DNA of 64,000 bases from Acidimicrobiaceae bacterium (GCA_947456245.1 CANGPS010000007.1:12462-76461), one strand, 5' to 3'. Positions 9,019 to 17,585 are shown, counted from the stretch's first letter. Made by a program: numbers and translations. The notes: generated by a model from the sequence alone, not told the origin.

Positions 9019-9873
9019 TCAGCGCTCGGTGGACACCACGAGGCGCAGCGAGCCGTCGTACTCCGCCGCGGTGCGGAGGTGCCCGTGGCGCTCGTCCCAG
9101 GAGCCATCGTCGAGCGCAGATCGGAGGCGCTCGACCGCATCCGCCTGGGCCTGCTCCTCGACGAAGCCCCATGAGCTCTGGGCCCTGCGGACCCGCTCGT
9201 CGAGGAAGGCCTCGGGGCGACCGAAGTAGGCCTCCACGATGCCGTCCGTGCACCGGGCGGGGATCGCCAGGGCCTCGATGGTCGTGGATGGACCGAGCCC
9301 CTCGACCAGGGTCGACATCGCCGGCATCCTCCTGCTCTCCGCAGCCGTGACCTCGGGCGCGTAATCGGTGAGCCAGAAGCGCTGGAGCTCGTCGGGGTCG
9401 AAGGTCAGGACCACGATCGGACCGCGCGCGACCCTCCGGAGCTCGGCCAGGCCACGGTCGAGATCCCGCCATTGGTGGACGGTGAACGATGCCAAGGCCG
9501 CGTCGAAGGACTGGTCCGGGAAGGGCAGGTCCTCGGCGGCCGCATCGATGGCGAGCGCACGATCGACCGGACGCTGGGCCCGCATCGACGCCGAGGGCTC
9601 GACGGGGGCGACCACGAGGCGATCCGGCTCATAGGACCCTGCACCCGCTCCGACGTTGATCAGGGTCCGAGCATCACCGAGGGCTGCCTCGATCGCGGCG
9701 AGGAACCTCGGTTCGGGGCGGCGGATGCTGGCGTAGTCGATGGCGAATGCGTCGTAGTCGAAGTCTCCCGCTGGCTCAGCGCGCACCACGACCCCCCCCA
9801 CTCGAGGATCGTCCTGGCTGGACGCCGGCTGATCCACCTGCGGCGATGGTACGACATCGCATCCGGTGCGCAC
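9019..9873 (-). CDS. class I SAM-dependent methyltransferase
   Basis: 284 aa. SAM motif I LINVGAGAGSY and the FD..LASFTVHQW post-motif region. The start could be further downstream. Confidence 0.75.
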   Translation of the reverse strand: MRTGCDVVPSPQVDQPASSQDDPRVGGVVVRAEPAGDFDYDAFAIDYASIRRPEPRFLAAIEAALGDARTLINVGAGAGSYEPDRLVVAPVEPSASMRAQRPVDRALAIDAAAEDLPFPDQSFDAALASFTVHQWRDLDRGLAELRRVARGPIVVLTFDPDELQRFWLTDYAPEVTAAESRRMPAMSTLVEGLGPSTTIEALAIPARCTDGIVEAYFGRPEAFLDERVRRAQSSWGFVEEQAQADAVERLRSALDDGSWDERHGHLRTAAEYDGSLRLVVSTER

Positions 9874-9911
9874 TGATTGCTCCGCTGCCGCGCCACTGCG
9901 AGACTCAGCCC

Positions 9912-10433
9912 GTGCCGCGCATCTCCGTCTTCATCGCCTCGTCGATCGACAACTACATCGCCACCGACGACGACCGGCTCGACTGGCTCGACGCCGCCTC
10001 CTCGCCCACCGAGGACTACGGCTACGACGCCTTCATCTCCACCATCGACACCATGGCCTTCGGCCGCGGGACCTGGGAGTTCATCGAGTCCGTGGACCCC
10101 CTTCCGTTCGGCGATCGCCCGATCTTCGTCTTCACGCGTCGACCGCCCACCACCGAGCGCGAGGGCGTCAGCTTCTGGGACCTGAGCCCGCACGAGGCGG
10201 TGGCCGAATGGGAGCGACGGGGCCTCGAGCACGTCTACCTCGACGGCGGACAGCTGATCTCGAGCTTCCTCGCCGAGGGGCTGGTCGACGACCTGCTGCT
10301 GACCAAGATCCCCATCCTCCTCGGGAGCGGGCGACCGCTCTTCACGCGCATCGCGAGGAGCACCGCGCTGACCCTCGATGGCGTCGAGACCTTCCCCAGC
10401 GGGATCGTCAACCTGCGCTACTCGCGAGCCTGA
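9912..10433 (+). CDS. dihydrofolate reductase family protein (RibD_C type), paralog A
   Basis: GTG at 9912, in frame with track ORF 9747..10433. VPRISVFIASSIDNYIATDDDRLDWLD...YLDGGQLISSFL...NLRYSRA. 173 aa. Gap-free paralog of 31474..31995. Confidence 0.75.
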   Translation: MPRISVFIASSIDNYIATDDDRLDWLDAASSPTEDYGYDAFISTIDTMAFGRGTWEFIESVDPLPFGDRPIFVFTRRPPTTEREGVSFWDLSPHEAVAEWERRGLEHVYLDGGQLISSFLAEGLVDDLLLTKIPILLGSGRPLFTRIARSTALTLDGVETFPSGIVNLRYSRA

Positions 10434-10529
10434 CCACGGCCGCCGTCTCGGCACGGCCCCGCAGGCCGGCCTGCGATGCTGGGACCCGTCGAGTGACGAG
10501 CAGAGCGAGGGATGGGGCGGACATGACTG

Positions 10530-11450
10530 GTGCATGGAGAGGCGCACCGCATGGGAGCTGAACGACCCGGCGTCCCCCCGTGGTCCCTGGCGATCGCCGC
10601 CATGTTCTCGGTCCAGCTCGGATCGGCACTCTCGACCCACCTCATCGACACCGTGGGCCCTGCCGGCACGGCATGGTTGCGCCTGACCGCCGGCGGCATC
10701 ATCTTCCTCGCCATCGCCCGTCCTCCGCTTCGATCGCTCTCCCGGCGCGACCTCCCGGTGCTGGTGGGACTCGGGATCACCACCGGGCTCCAGACCATGG
10801 CCTTCCTCGCCGCCATCGAGCGCATCCCGCTGGGGACCTCCGTCGCGATCGAGTTCCTCGGGCCGATGGTGGTCGCCGCGGTGCACAGTCACCGTCGTCG
10901 ATCGCTGGTCTGGGTCGGGCTCGCCGGCATCGGCGTGGTGCTCGTCACCCAGCCATGGGATGGCACTGCCAACCTCGCAGGAGTCTGGTTCGCCGCGCTG
11001 GCTGCCGTGGGATGGGCGGCATACATCCTGCTCACGAAGAAGGTCGGAGAGCGATTCTCGGGCGTGAGTGGCCTGGCGATCACCATCCCCATCGCCGCCA
11101 TCGTGGCTGCATGCGTCGGCGTCCCTCGGGCGGCAGGCCACCTGACCATGGGGATCGGCGCCGCCGCAATCGGCCTGGCGATCCTGCTGCCGGTGATCCC
11201 CTATGCGTTCGAGCTCTTGGCCCTTCGCCGCATGCCGCCCACCGCCTTCGGGACGCTCATGGCGCTGGAGCCGGCCTTCGGCGTGGTCCTGGGACTCGTC
11301 ATCCTCCACCAGCGACCCTCGTTCAGCCAGCTGGTCGGGATGCTCCTGGTCGTCGCCGCCGGTGTGGCGGCACAGCGGGCCGAACGTCGCCCGGGTGATC
11401 CGGGCGACCTTGAGCGCGACGAGCCGAGCACCGGGCCGTCACCCTTCTGA
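10530..11450 (+). CDS. EamA/DMT-family transporter (RhtA-like)
   Basis: 306 aa with about 10 hydrophobic segments and two EamA-like halves. The true start may be the ATG at 10551. Confidence 0.75.
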   Translation: MHGEAHRMGAERPGVPPWSLAIAAMFSVQLGSALSTHLIDTVGPAGTAWLRLTAGGIIFLAIARPPLRSLSRRDLPVLVGLGITTGLQTMAFLAAIERIPLGTSVAIEFLGPMVVAAVHSHRRRSLVWVGLAGIGVVLVTQPWDGTANLAGVWFAALAAVGWAAYILLTKKVGERFSGVSGLAITIPIAAIVAACVGVPRAAGHLTMGIGAAAIGLAILLPVIPYAFELLALRRMPPTAFGTLMALEPAFGVVLGLVILHQRPSFSQLVGMLLVVAAGVAAQRAERRPGDPGDLERDEPSTGPSPF

Positions 11451-11567
11451 TCCGCTGGCGCGCACCATCTCCCGCACGGGCCGCGGCCGACCTCGCCGAG
11501 TCGCGGCGAGCCGTGAGCGACCGTGGGCGTGCCAGCTCGCGATCTGGCGGTGCGCGAGGCTCTCTCC

Positions 11568-13055
11568 ATGCAGCGCACGGTGATCAGAGTCCATCCAGGC
11601 ATGACCATCGGTCCCGTCGATCCGAGGATCTTCGGAGGGTTCCTCGAGCACATGGGGAGAGCGGTCTACGGAGGGATCTTCGAGCCGGACAGCCCCCTCG
11701 CCGACGCCTTCGGCTGCAGGACCGACGTGCTCTCACACCTTGAGCAGCTCGACATGAGCGTCATGCGCTACCCCGGAGGGAACTTCGTCTCTGGGTACCA
11801 CTGGCGCGACGGTGTCGGACCCGTCGAGCAGCGGCCGACGGTCCGGGAGCTGGCGTGGAACAGCCTGGAGCCCAACACCTTTGGGACCGACGAGTTCCTC
11901 AGCCTCTGCGAGCGGATGGCCTGGACGCCGATGATGGCCGTCAACCTCGGCACCGGGACTCCCGAGGAGGCTCGCGAGTGGGTCGAGTACTGCAACGCCC
12001 CCATCGGCACCACCTCGTCAGACCTTCGGGCGTCCCATGGGCGCACGGATCCTTACCGCGTCGGGCTGTGGTGCCTCGGCAACGAGATGGACGGACCCTG
12101 GCAGCTTGGCCACGTCCCCGCCGAGGAGTACGCCGCACGCGCCAAGGCGGCAGCGCAGCTGATGCGAGAGGTCGATCCCGCGATCTCGACCGTGGTCTGT
12201 GGCTCGTCGACGCCGGACCTTGCCTCGTACCTCGAGTGGGACCGCGTCGTGCTCGAGCAGCTCGGCGAGGATGCGGACTTTCTCAGCGTCCATCGCTATG
12301 TGAACAACCTCGGCGGCGACACGCCGGAGTTCCTCGCCTCGGGTCGACAGATCGATCGGCAGATCGAGGAGGCTGATGCCGTCTGTCGCTTCGTCCAGGG
12401 TCGGACCAGAAGCCGGAAGCGGCCCTACCTCTGCTTCGACGAATGGAACGTCTGGTATAAGGACTTCGAGATGGACGGTCATGGCGCTGTCGCCCCCCAC
12501 CTCATCGAGGAGGTCTACAACCTCGAGGACGCACTCGTGGTCGCCGGCTTCCTCAACAGCTTCATCCGTCGTGCCGACGTCGTGAGGATCGCCAACCTGG
12601 CTCAGATCGTCAACGTCATCGCCCCCCTCCTGACCCGAGGTGACGACCTGCTGGTCCAGTCGATCTTCCACCCGTTCCAGATGATGTCGGCACGCCGGCG
12701 AGGGTCCTCCCTTCGGGTCGTCGTCGACGGGCCCACCTACTCGACCCGCGAGTCAGGGGAGGTTCCGTTCCTCGACGTCAGCGCGATCGTCGACGATGGC
12801 CTGCTGCACCTGTTCATCGTGAATCGATCGACCGATCATCCGGCACCCTTGGAGATCGACGTGGCTGCCATCTCCGCGCTCACCTTCGTTGACGCCGAGC
12901 TCCTGACCGGACCAGGGGCGAAGGCTGTCAACGACTTCGGCGCCCCACCGGTGGTCTCCCCTCATGCCTTCGATGACGTCACCTCATCGGGCGCGATCGC
13001 CCGCACCGAACTCCCCCCGTTGTCCTTCCTCGCGGCGTCGTTCACGATGGCCTGA
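11568..13055 (+). CDS. abfA: alpha-N-arabinofuranosidase, GH51
   Basis: Trimmed to MQRTVIRVHPGMTIGPVDPRIFGGFLEHMGRAVYGGI... RYPGGNFVSGYHW and the catalytic-region motif WCLGNEMDGPWQ are GH51 hallmarks. Confidence 0.85.
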   Translation: MQRTVIRVHPGMTIGPVDPRIFGGFLEHMGRAVYGGIFEPDSPLADAFGCRTDVLSHLEQLDMSVMRYPGGNFVSGYHWRDGVGPVEQRPTVRELAWNSLEPNTFGTDEFLSLCERMAWTPMMAVNLGTGTPEEAREWVEYCNAPIGTTSSDLRASHGRTDPYRVGLWCLGNEMDGPWQLGHVPAEEYAARAKAAAQLMREVDPAISTVVCGSSTPDLASYLEWDRVVLEQLGEDADFLSVHRYVNNLGGDTPEFLASGRQIDRQIEEADAVCRFVQGRTRSRKRPYLCFDEWNVWYKDFEMDGHGAVAPHLIEEVYNLEDALVVAGFLNSFIRRADVVRIANLAQIVNVIAPLLTRGDDLLVQSIFHPFQMMSARRRGSSLRVVVDGPTYSTRESGEVPFLDVSAIVDDGLLHLFIVNRSTDHPAPLEIDVAAISALTFVDAELLTGPGAKAVNDFGAPPVVSPHAFDDVTSSGAIARTELPPLSFLAASFTMA

Positions 13056-13118
13056 CGCACAGAGCTCCCCGTTGGAGAGGAGGGTGGTCGGCGCCACAGG
13101 CGCTCCGGTGAACCTTGC

Positions 13119-13358
13119 CTAGTCGGGACAGGAGTGCGAGGCAGGAGCCCGCTCCACGGAGGCCGGGAAGGCCTCGAGGAGCGCTGCCGCTCGGGCGGGG
13201 CGCTGGACCAGCGATCCACCGCAGTTGGGGCAGGTGCCGTCAAGGTGCTTCGCGCACTCGGCGCACCAGGTGCACTCGAACGAGCAGATGCGGGCATCGG
13301 TGGCCGAAGGGTCGAGATCCCGGTCGCAGCACTCGCAGTTGGGCTTCATGGTCAACAT
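13119..13358 (-). CDS. DUF1272-like Cys-rich zinc-ribbon protein
   Basis: MLTMKPNCECCDRDLDPSATDARICSFECTWCAECAKHLDGTCPNCGGSLVQRP. This pattern matches my memory of DUF1272 proteins. The rest of track ORF 13119..13727 upstream looks non-coding. Confidence 0.65.
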   Translation of the reverse strand: MLTMKPNCECCDRDLDPSATDARICSFECTWCAECAKHLDGTCPNCGGSLVQRPARAAALLEAFPASVERAPASHSCPD

Positions 13359-13494
13359 CTGCACTCCTCGGAGATCGATCGCGAACCCCGCCATCATGCA
13401 CGACACACGAGGGCCCAGGATGACGACGAGCCGCCTGCGTGAGATCGCTGCGAGCGCCAGTGGTCGGATCCGACCCAGGCGCGTCGACCACCGC

Positions 13495-14457
13495 CTACCA
13501 GATGTGGAACCCGTCATCGGGGTCGTCAGGTGCGACCACGCCGAAGCGGCGACGCACCTCGTCGAGCGGCAGGGGGGCGAGCGCGAGGTGGTCGACGAGC
13601 GAGAAGTCGGCGGTGCACTTCGCGCCCCTCGCCATCTCCTGGCCAAGGAGCTCCGGGGCTCCATCGAGGGAGAGCGTCTCGGTCTCCGCGTTCGGGATCG
13701 AGGTCGGACGTCCGAACCCGGCCTCATGGATGACCAGAGAGGCCAGCAAGGCGGAGAAGTTCACGTCGTTGTCGTCCATCGCCACCATGAACCCGCTGAG
13801 CGCGATCTCGCCCGGCGACGTGGTCCCGATCCCAGCGATCACGTGGGTCATGTCGTGGGCGACGTAGAAGTGGTTCATGATCGCAGGGTCCAGGCCGGGA
13901 AGGTTCAGGCCAGTCCGCTCGTAGAAGCGGAGGAATGCTCGACCGAGGGAATCCTCGTCGAGGTCGGCGAAGGCCTCGAGCCTCGTCACCAGCTCGGGCT
14001 CGGGTGACGAGGGATCGAACGCTTCGCTCGCCAGCGTCGGCTCCGCCCGAAGTGGGGCCATCTTCTCGATGTACCGCCGGTAGTCCGCCGCCGCCGCCTC
14101 GATGCCCCCGTCCATGAGCGAGCGGAACATCACGAGGTCCGGCCCGTCGACACCCAGTGCCGAGGCGTAGCGCTCGACGGCTTCGACCTGGGCGGCTGCC
14201 TGCGGATGACGTGCGGCCTCTAGGGCGACGAGCAGATGGTGGAACCGACGCCGGTCCATGGGGTCGGTCAGCACGACGGCCAGTTCAGCCGGACCGATGG
14301 GGTCCAAGCTGTGGACATCGACGTCGATGCACCCGAGGTAGTGGGCGCCGATGGACGAAAGGACGGCCAACTGCTCTGGCGTGGGTCCGTCGTCGATCGA
14401 TATGGCCCCCAGGAGGCCGGCGACCACCGCTCGTCCATCGCTGCCAAACGCTGCCAA
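13495..14457 (-). CDS. hypothetical protein with a Coq4-like HDxxH-(x11)-E metal motif
   Basis: 320 aa, coding-like composition. YVAHDMTHVIAGIGTTSPGEIAL fits the HDxxH-x11-E zinc motif of the Coq4 family. The family assignment is by motif only. Confidence 0.5.
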   Translation of the reverse strand: MAAFGSDGRAVVAGLLGAISIDDGPTPEQLAVLSSIGAHYLGCIDVDVHSLDPIGPAELAVVLTDPMDRRRFHHLLVALEAARHPQAAAQVEAVERYASALGVDGPDLVMFRSLMDGGIEAAAADYRRYIEKMAPLRAEPTLASEAFDPSSPEPELVTRLEAFADLDEDSLGRAFLRFYERTGLNLPGLDPAIMNHFYVAHDMTHVIAGIGTTSPGEIALSGFMVAMDDNDVNFSALLASLVIHEAGFGRPTSIPNAETETLSLDGAPELLGQEMARGAKCTADFSLVDHLALAPLPLDEVRRRFGVVAPDDPDDGFHIW

Positions 14458-14625
14458 ACGCTGATGTCATCTGATCCCCCCTCACGTCATCACCATCCAA
14501 GACCCTGGGGCCCTCTTGCGATGCATCGGGTCAATCATTGCCGCTTGGCACCGGTCAGACCGCGTTGCGTGAAGGAAGAGCTGGTGCACCTTCAGCGGCC
14601 ACCAGCGAGGAGGGTTCGCCAACGA

Positions 14626-14679
14626 TCGGCCGTCGAGCATGCACCGGTAGACATTGGTATCCCGAATCAAAGCAGAAAC
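14626..14679 (-). repeat. cassette-boundary repeat copy 1 (distal, most decayed)
   Basis: tcggccgtcgagcatgcaccggtagacattggtatcccgaatcaaagcagaaac. Shares GGTAGACATTGGT and ...AGAAAC with the other copies. The position of the stop codon reads CGA instead of TGA on the minus strand. Confidence 0.55.
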
Positions 14680-14697
14680 GCCCTGGAGTTCGAGGGC

Positions 14698-14916
14698 CTA
14701 GAGGAGGTCCAGGAAGTCATCCACCGACAGACCTGCTTGGCGGATGATTGAGCGGAGGGTTCCTGAAGCCAGTTCCTTGTGCATCGGCACGATGACCGTC
14801 GATTCGGCTCGCCGCAGCTTCACGTGGCTTCCGCGCTGGCTGATCTCGGCAAAGCCAAGGCTCGCGAGTGCCTTGATGACGCGAGCGCCGCTAACGACCG
14901 GAAGCGGTGGACTCAC
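14698..14916 (-). CDS. hicA: HicA-family mRNA interferase toxin
   Basis: 72 aa. ...VIKALASLGFAEISQRGSHVKLRR...VPMHKELASGTLRSIIRQAGL, the HicA/YcfA signature. Overlaps the upstream antitoxin gene by 4 nt. Confidence 0.8.
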   Translation of the reverse strand: MSPPLPVVSGARVIKALASLGFAEISQRGSHVKLRRAESTVIVPMHKELASGTLRSIIRQAGLSVDDFLDLL

Positions 14917-15113
14917 GCAGAGAGCTGGAAGGTGGTGACGGTGGGATGGGCCAACTCGATCGGCGCTCCTTCGTCCTCGAAATAGAGACCAAGTGCCTCC
15001 TTGAGATTCTCAAGAGAATCCTCCGCTGAGAGACCCTGACTGGTCACCTCAACTTCGAGGCAACGCGCGACGAACAGGTCGCCCTCTTGCGTGATTGCTG
15101 CCGTGAACTCCAT
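14913..15113 (-). CDS. hicB: HicB-like antitoxin (UPF0150 fold)
   Basis: 66 aa. MEFTAAITQEGDLFVARCLEVEVTSQGLSAEDSLENLKEALGLYFED, the typical HicB N-terminal domain pattern. Here the antitoxin precedes the toxin. Confidence 0.7.
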   Translation of the reverse strand: MEFTAAITQEGDLFVARCLEVEVTSQGLSAEDSLENLKEALGLYFEDEGAPIELAHPTVTTFQLSA

Positions 15114-15184
15114 GGCTCAAGCATACGAGCATGGTGCGACAGGTCGCTGCGGGCCCGCGCGTGCATCAGCCCTGCGGACACGCT

Positions 15185-15240
15185 GGCTCGGCGTGGTCTC
15201 AACTCTCCACAGCGACTTGATCAATTTCGCTGGTTCGGCT
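15185..15240 (-). repeat. possible degenerate extra copy of the cassette-boundary repeat
   Basis: tcaactctcca at 15199-15209 is identical to the same part of copy 3 (16162-16172). The following cagcga...tcaatttcgctgg is only loosely similar to the repeat body. The GTAGACATTGG core is missing. Confidence 0.25.
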
Positions 15241-15311
15241 TACAGCAGAAGTGCATGCCGGCCCACAGTCCCCAAAGGCAGACGGAGGCTTGAAGGACCC
15301 AGCCCTACGAC

Positions 15312-15443
15312 ATGAGCAAGCCGGAGGCCGAAATTCAGACTCCTCGCTTCATTTCATGGCTGGTAGCCGAGACCTTCCGATGGGTCCTCTCCGGAGCGCT
15401 CATCGCGATCGTGGTCCTGCTGCTGAGTGATGCTGCCCTGTGA
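15312..15443 (+). CDS. small hydrophobic protein (43 aa), hypothetical
   Basis: Hand translation: MSKPEAEIQTPRFISWLVAETFRWVLSGALIAIVVLLLSDAAL-stop. One clear TM helix, no convincing RBS. Below the track's size cut-off. Confidence 0.25.
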   Translation: MSKPEAEIQTPRFISWLVAETFRWVLSGALIAIVVLLLSDAAL

Positions 15444-15615
15444 TTCACGCTGACGATCCCAGTCGCGGCACTGCTCTTCGTGGCCATCTGGGTGTCGGCC
15501 TTGACGGGCATCTTGCGAGCTCGAACGGCGTTTGGCCCTCCTCGAAGGCGCAAGTAGGCAGCATCTTCCACGGCTCGGTTGAATCCGGACAGCGGCGCCC
15601 GAGTGTGGGCGGCAG

Positions 15616-15683
15616 CTCAGATTCGCAGGTCATCCCTCCAACGAAATCCTGTACACATTGATATCTCGACTCAAAGTAGAAAC
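15616..15683 (-). repeat. cassette-boundary repeat copy 2
   Basis: ctcagattcgcaggTCAtccctccaacgaaatcctgtacacattgatatctcgactcaaagtagaaac. The minus strand reads VSTLSRDINVYRISLEG-stop. Confidence 0.8.
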
Positions 15684-15714
15684 GGACTCGGTCCGTTCTG
15701 GCTACTTCGGGGCG

Positions 15715-15933
15715 TCAGGAGGCCACCTTGACAGTCGTCACGATCGAGGATGAAGGCAGGGGCACGACCTCGCCATTGAGGAGCATCCCTTCGATGTGGA
15801 ACTCGATCGCATCGCGTATGTTTGCTGTCACCTCTTCAAGGGAGACGCCGGTGGCGACACATCCGTCGAGGTCTGGCACCCAAGCGCCGAAGTTGTGATC
15901 CGATCTCTCGATGACCACCGTGTACTCGCTCAT
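15715..15933 (-). CDS. hicB: HicB-family antitoxin
   Basis: 72 aa. MSEYTVVIERSDHNFGAWVPDLDGCVATGVSLEEVTANIRDAIEFHIEGM, the canonical HicB N-domain. 4-nt overlap with hicA upstream. Confidence 0.85.
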   Translation of the reverse strand: MSEYTVVIERSDHNFGAWVPDLDGCVATGVSLEEVTANIRDAIEFHIEGMLLNGEVVPLPSSSIVTTVKVAS

Positions 15934-16127
15934 CGTGGCCTCCTCTCGAGTCCCGCCTGCTTTACGATGCTAGCGACGAGTGGACGCTGGAGGTCGTCGG
16001 ACAACTTTCCGGGGACGGTCACTGTCCCGCCCTTAGTCCGATGCCTGAACTGACGATGGCTTCCTCGCTGTCGGTCGAGGTACCAACCATCTGCCTCGAT
16101 CTCCTTGATCATCGTCCTGACCTTCAC
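15930..16127 (-). CDS. hicA: HicA-family toxin
   Basis: 65 aa. ...IKEIEADGWYLDRQRGSHRQFRH..KGGTVTVPGK...L..IVKQAGL, the HicA signature. Confidence 0.85.
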   Translation of the reverse strand: MKVRTMIKEIEADGWYLDRQRGSHRQFRHRTKGGTVTVPGKLSDDLQRPLVASIVKQAGLERRPR

Positions 16128-16147
16128 CGACCCACAACGGTCGGGGG

Positions 16148-16215
16148 CTCAGGTCAGCTGGTCAACTCTCCAACGAGAATCTGTAGACATTGGTCTCTCG
16201 CATGAAAATAGAAAC
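16148..16215 (-). repeat. cassette-boundary repeat copy 3
   Basis: ctcaggtcagctggTCAactctccaacgagaatctgtagacattggtctctcgcatgaaaatagaaac. The minus strand reads VSIFMRETNVYRFSLES-stop. Confidence 0.85.
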
Positions 16216-16272
16216 GGGAACACGAGTCTGATCACTCAAGCTCGTCGGGCAAAGCCGTCTGGGTCACGATGA

Positions 16273-16319
16273 ATCACAAGTTAGCTTGCTGCCGTCACAG
16301 TGACAAAATAACTTGTGAT
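16273..16319. promoter_or_regulatory. nested palindromes (probable operator) overlapping the start of the 16315 TA-like operon
   Basis: Perfect 11-bp inverted repeat ATCACAAGTTA (16273-16283) / TAACTTGTGAT (16309-16319). It encloses an inner palindrome GTCAC-A-GTGAC (16294-16304). The right arm covers the GTG start at 16315. Confidence 0.5.
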
Positions 16320-16551
16320 CGTGGATGATTCCCCACAGATCATCGAAAGCGCCCGGAGGTACGGAATTGTGGATACCGACATCATCCACTGCTTCGACAA
16401 CCCCATCCTCGTCGAGGACCTCGATGACGATCTCGTCATGCTGGTGGGGCCAGACCGAACTGGCCGCCTCTTGGAGGTCGGTGTCGTTGTCGGCAACGAC
16501 GGACCCGTCATCGTCCACGCCATGGAAGCTAGAACCAAGTACCTGAGGTGA
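16315..16551 (+). CDS. small toxin-like protein of a two-gene TA-like module (family not recognised with confidence)
   Basis: 78 aa, GTG start. ...ARRYGIVDTDIIHCFDNPILVED...GPDRTGRLLEVGVVVGNDGPVIVHAMEARTKYL resembles small actinobacterial toxin-like proteins. GTGA overlap with the next gene. Confidence 0.5.
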   Translation: MIVDDSPQIIESARRYGIVDTDIIHCFDNPILVEDLDDDLVMLVGPDRTGRLLEVGVVVGNDGPVIVHAMEARTKYLR

Positions 16552-16832
16552 ACACCATGCCAAGAAGCACGAAGCACATCATCGAGCAGGCCGACGAGTT
16601 GGCGAGGCGGTTCCAGGACCATGCTCCGGGCTCAAGCAACGTGAAGACTGCGGATTCGCTCCGTGAGGTGCGGCTTGCCTTTCTTCGTCGAGCAGAGGCG
16701 GAACAAGAACTTTTCGCCGCCGTCGATGGTGCCCGAGCTGACGGTCAGAGTTGGGCCGCTGTCGGGGCGATGCTCGGCACTTCTGGAGAGGCAGCTCGCC
16801 AGCGCTATGGCGCGCCCGCCGTCAAGAACTGA
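16548..16832 (+). CDS. antitoxin-like protein with C-terminal HTH
   Basis: 94 aa. The C-terminal QSWAAVGAMLGTSGEAARQRYG looks like a short HTH. Translationally coupled to 16315..16551. Its stop codon lies inside repeat copy 4. Confidence 0.5.
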   Translation: MNTMPRSTKHIIEQADELARRFQDHAPGSSNVKTADSLREVRLAFLRRAEAEQELFAAVDGARADGQSWAAVGAMLGTSGEAARQRYGAPAVKN

Positions 16833-16888
16833 GTTCAGCCTTCCAAAGAAAACCTATAGACATTGGTCTCTCGACTTGCGGTAGAAAC
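16821..16888 (-). repeat. cassette-boundary repeat copy 4
   Basis: gtcaagaactgagtTCAgccttccaaagaaaacctatagacattggtctctcgacttgcggtagaaac. The minus strand reads VSTASRETNVYRFSLEG-stop. Confidence 0.85.
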
Positions 16889-16910
16889 CGCCTTCTGCTG
16901 GATCGATGCC

Positions 16911-17207
16911 CTACGCGACAGCCAGCGGCGTGATGGCATCGAGCACGGGGCCGAGCTGATCCTTCTCGTTCTCAAGGTCATAGCGGGACTGCAGATTGAT
17001 CCAGAATCGCTCGCTCGTGCCGAAGTACTTGGCAAGTCGCAATGCGGTGTCCGCGGAGATCCCTCGCTTGCCATGGACGATCTCATTGATCCGGCGAGGC
17101 GGCACGGCGATCTCCACCGCCAGGCGGTGCTGTGTCACCCCGAGGGGCATGAGAAAGTCCTCCATAAGAACTTCGCCCGGATGGATGGGCGTCATCGTGG
17201 TCGTCAT
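16911..17207 (-). CDS. higA: HigA-family antitoxin (XRE HTH)
   Basis: 98 aa. IHPGEVLMEDFLMPLGVTQHRLAVEIAVPPRRINEIVHGKRGISADTALRLAKYFGTSERFWINLQ, a textbook HigA/VapI sequence. Confidence 0.85.
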   Translation of the reverse strand: MTTTMTPIHPGEVLMEDFLMPLGVTQHRLAVEIAVPPRRINEIVHGKRGISADTALRLAKYFGTSERFWINLQSRYDLENEKDQLGPVLDAITPLAVA

Positions 17208-17218
17208 CGAATGTCCTC

Positions 17219-17500
17219 TCAGTGGTAGTCAGTGATCTCGATCTCTTCGGGCCCAACCTTCGTCCAGCGAAAGCAGATCCTCCACTGGTCGTTGATTCTG
17301 ATGCTGTGCTGTCCCGCCCTGCCGCCGCTGAGCTTCTCCAACCGGTTCCCCGGCGGGACACGAAGGTCAGCCAGGCTCTCTGCCGCATCGAGGATCACGA
17401 GTTTGCGAAGTGCCACTCGTTGGAGGTCTCCATGGAGCTTCCGAACTCGCTCTCTGCGCCAGACCCGCTCAGTGTCCCGGTCCTTGAAGGTCTGCAGCAC
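17219..17500 (-). CDS. higB: HigB-type (RelE superfamily) plasmid-maintenance killer toxin
   Basis: 93 aa. ...LDAAESLADLRVPPGNRLEKLSGGRAGQHSIRINDQWRICFRW...EIEITDYH, the HigB signature. Lies upstream of higA, as expected for higBA. Confidence 0.85.
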   Translation of the reverse strand: MLQTFKDRDTERVWRRERVRKLHGDLQRVALRKLVILDAAESLADLRVPPGNRLEKLSGGRAGQHSIRINDQWRICFRWTKVGPEEIEITDYH

Positions 17501-17585
17501 TCACCAAACATAACGCCTCTCGTTATGAACGTCAAGCGTTATGTCGTTGTCACCAGAGGCGCCGGCGCTCGACCTCCACACCCTC

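Noticed and set aside
16835-17086. 83-aa minus ORF ending ...SRETNVYRFSLEG, and the 62-aa ORF 14482..14670 beginning MIRDTNVYRC.
   Set aside because: Both are read-throughs of repeat copies. The first overlaps higA out of frame. The second exists only because copy 1 has lost its stop (TGA to CGA). Neither upstream part is protein-like.
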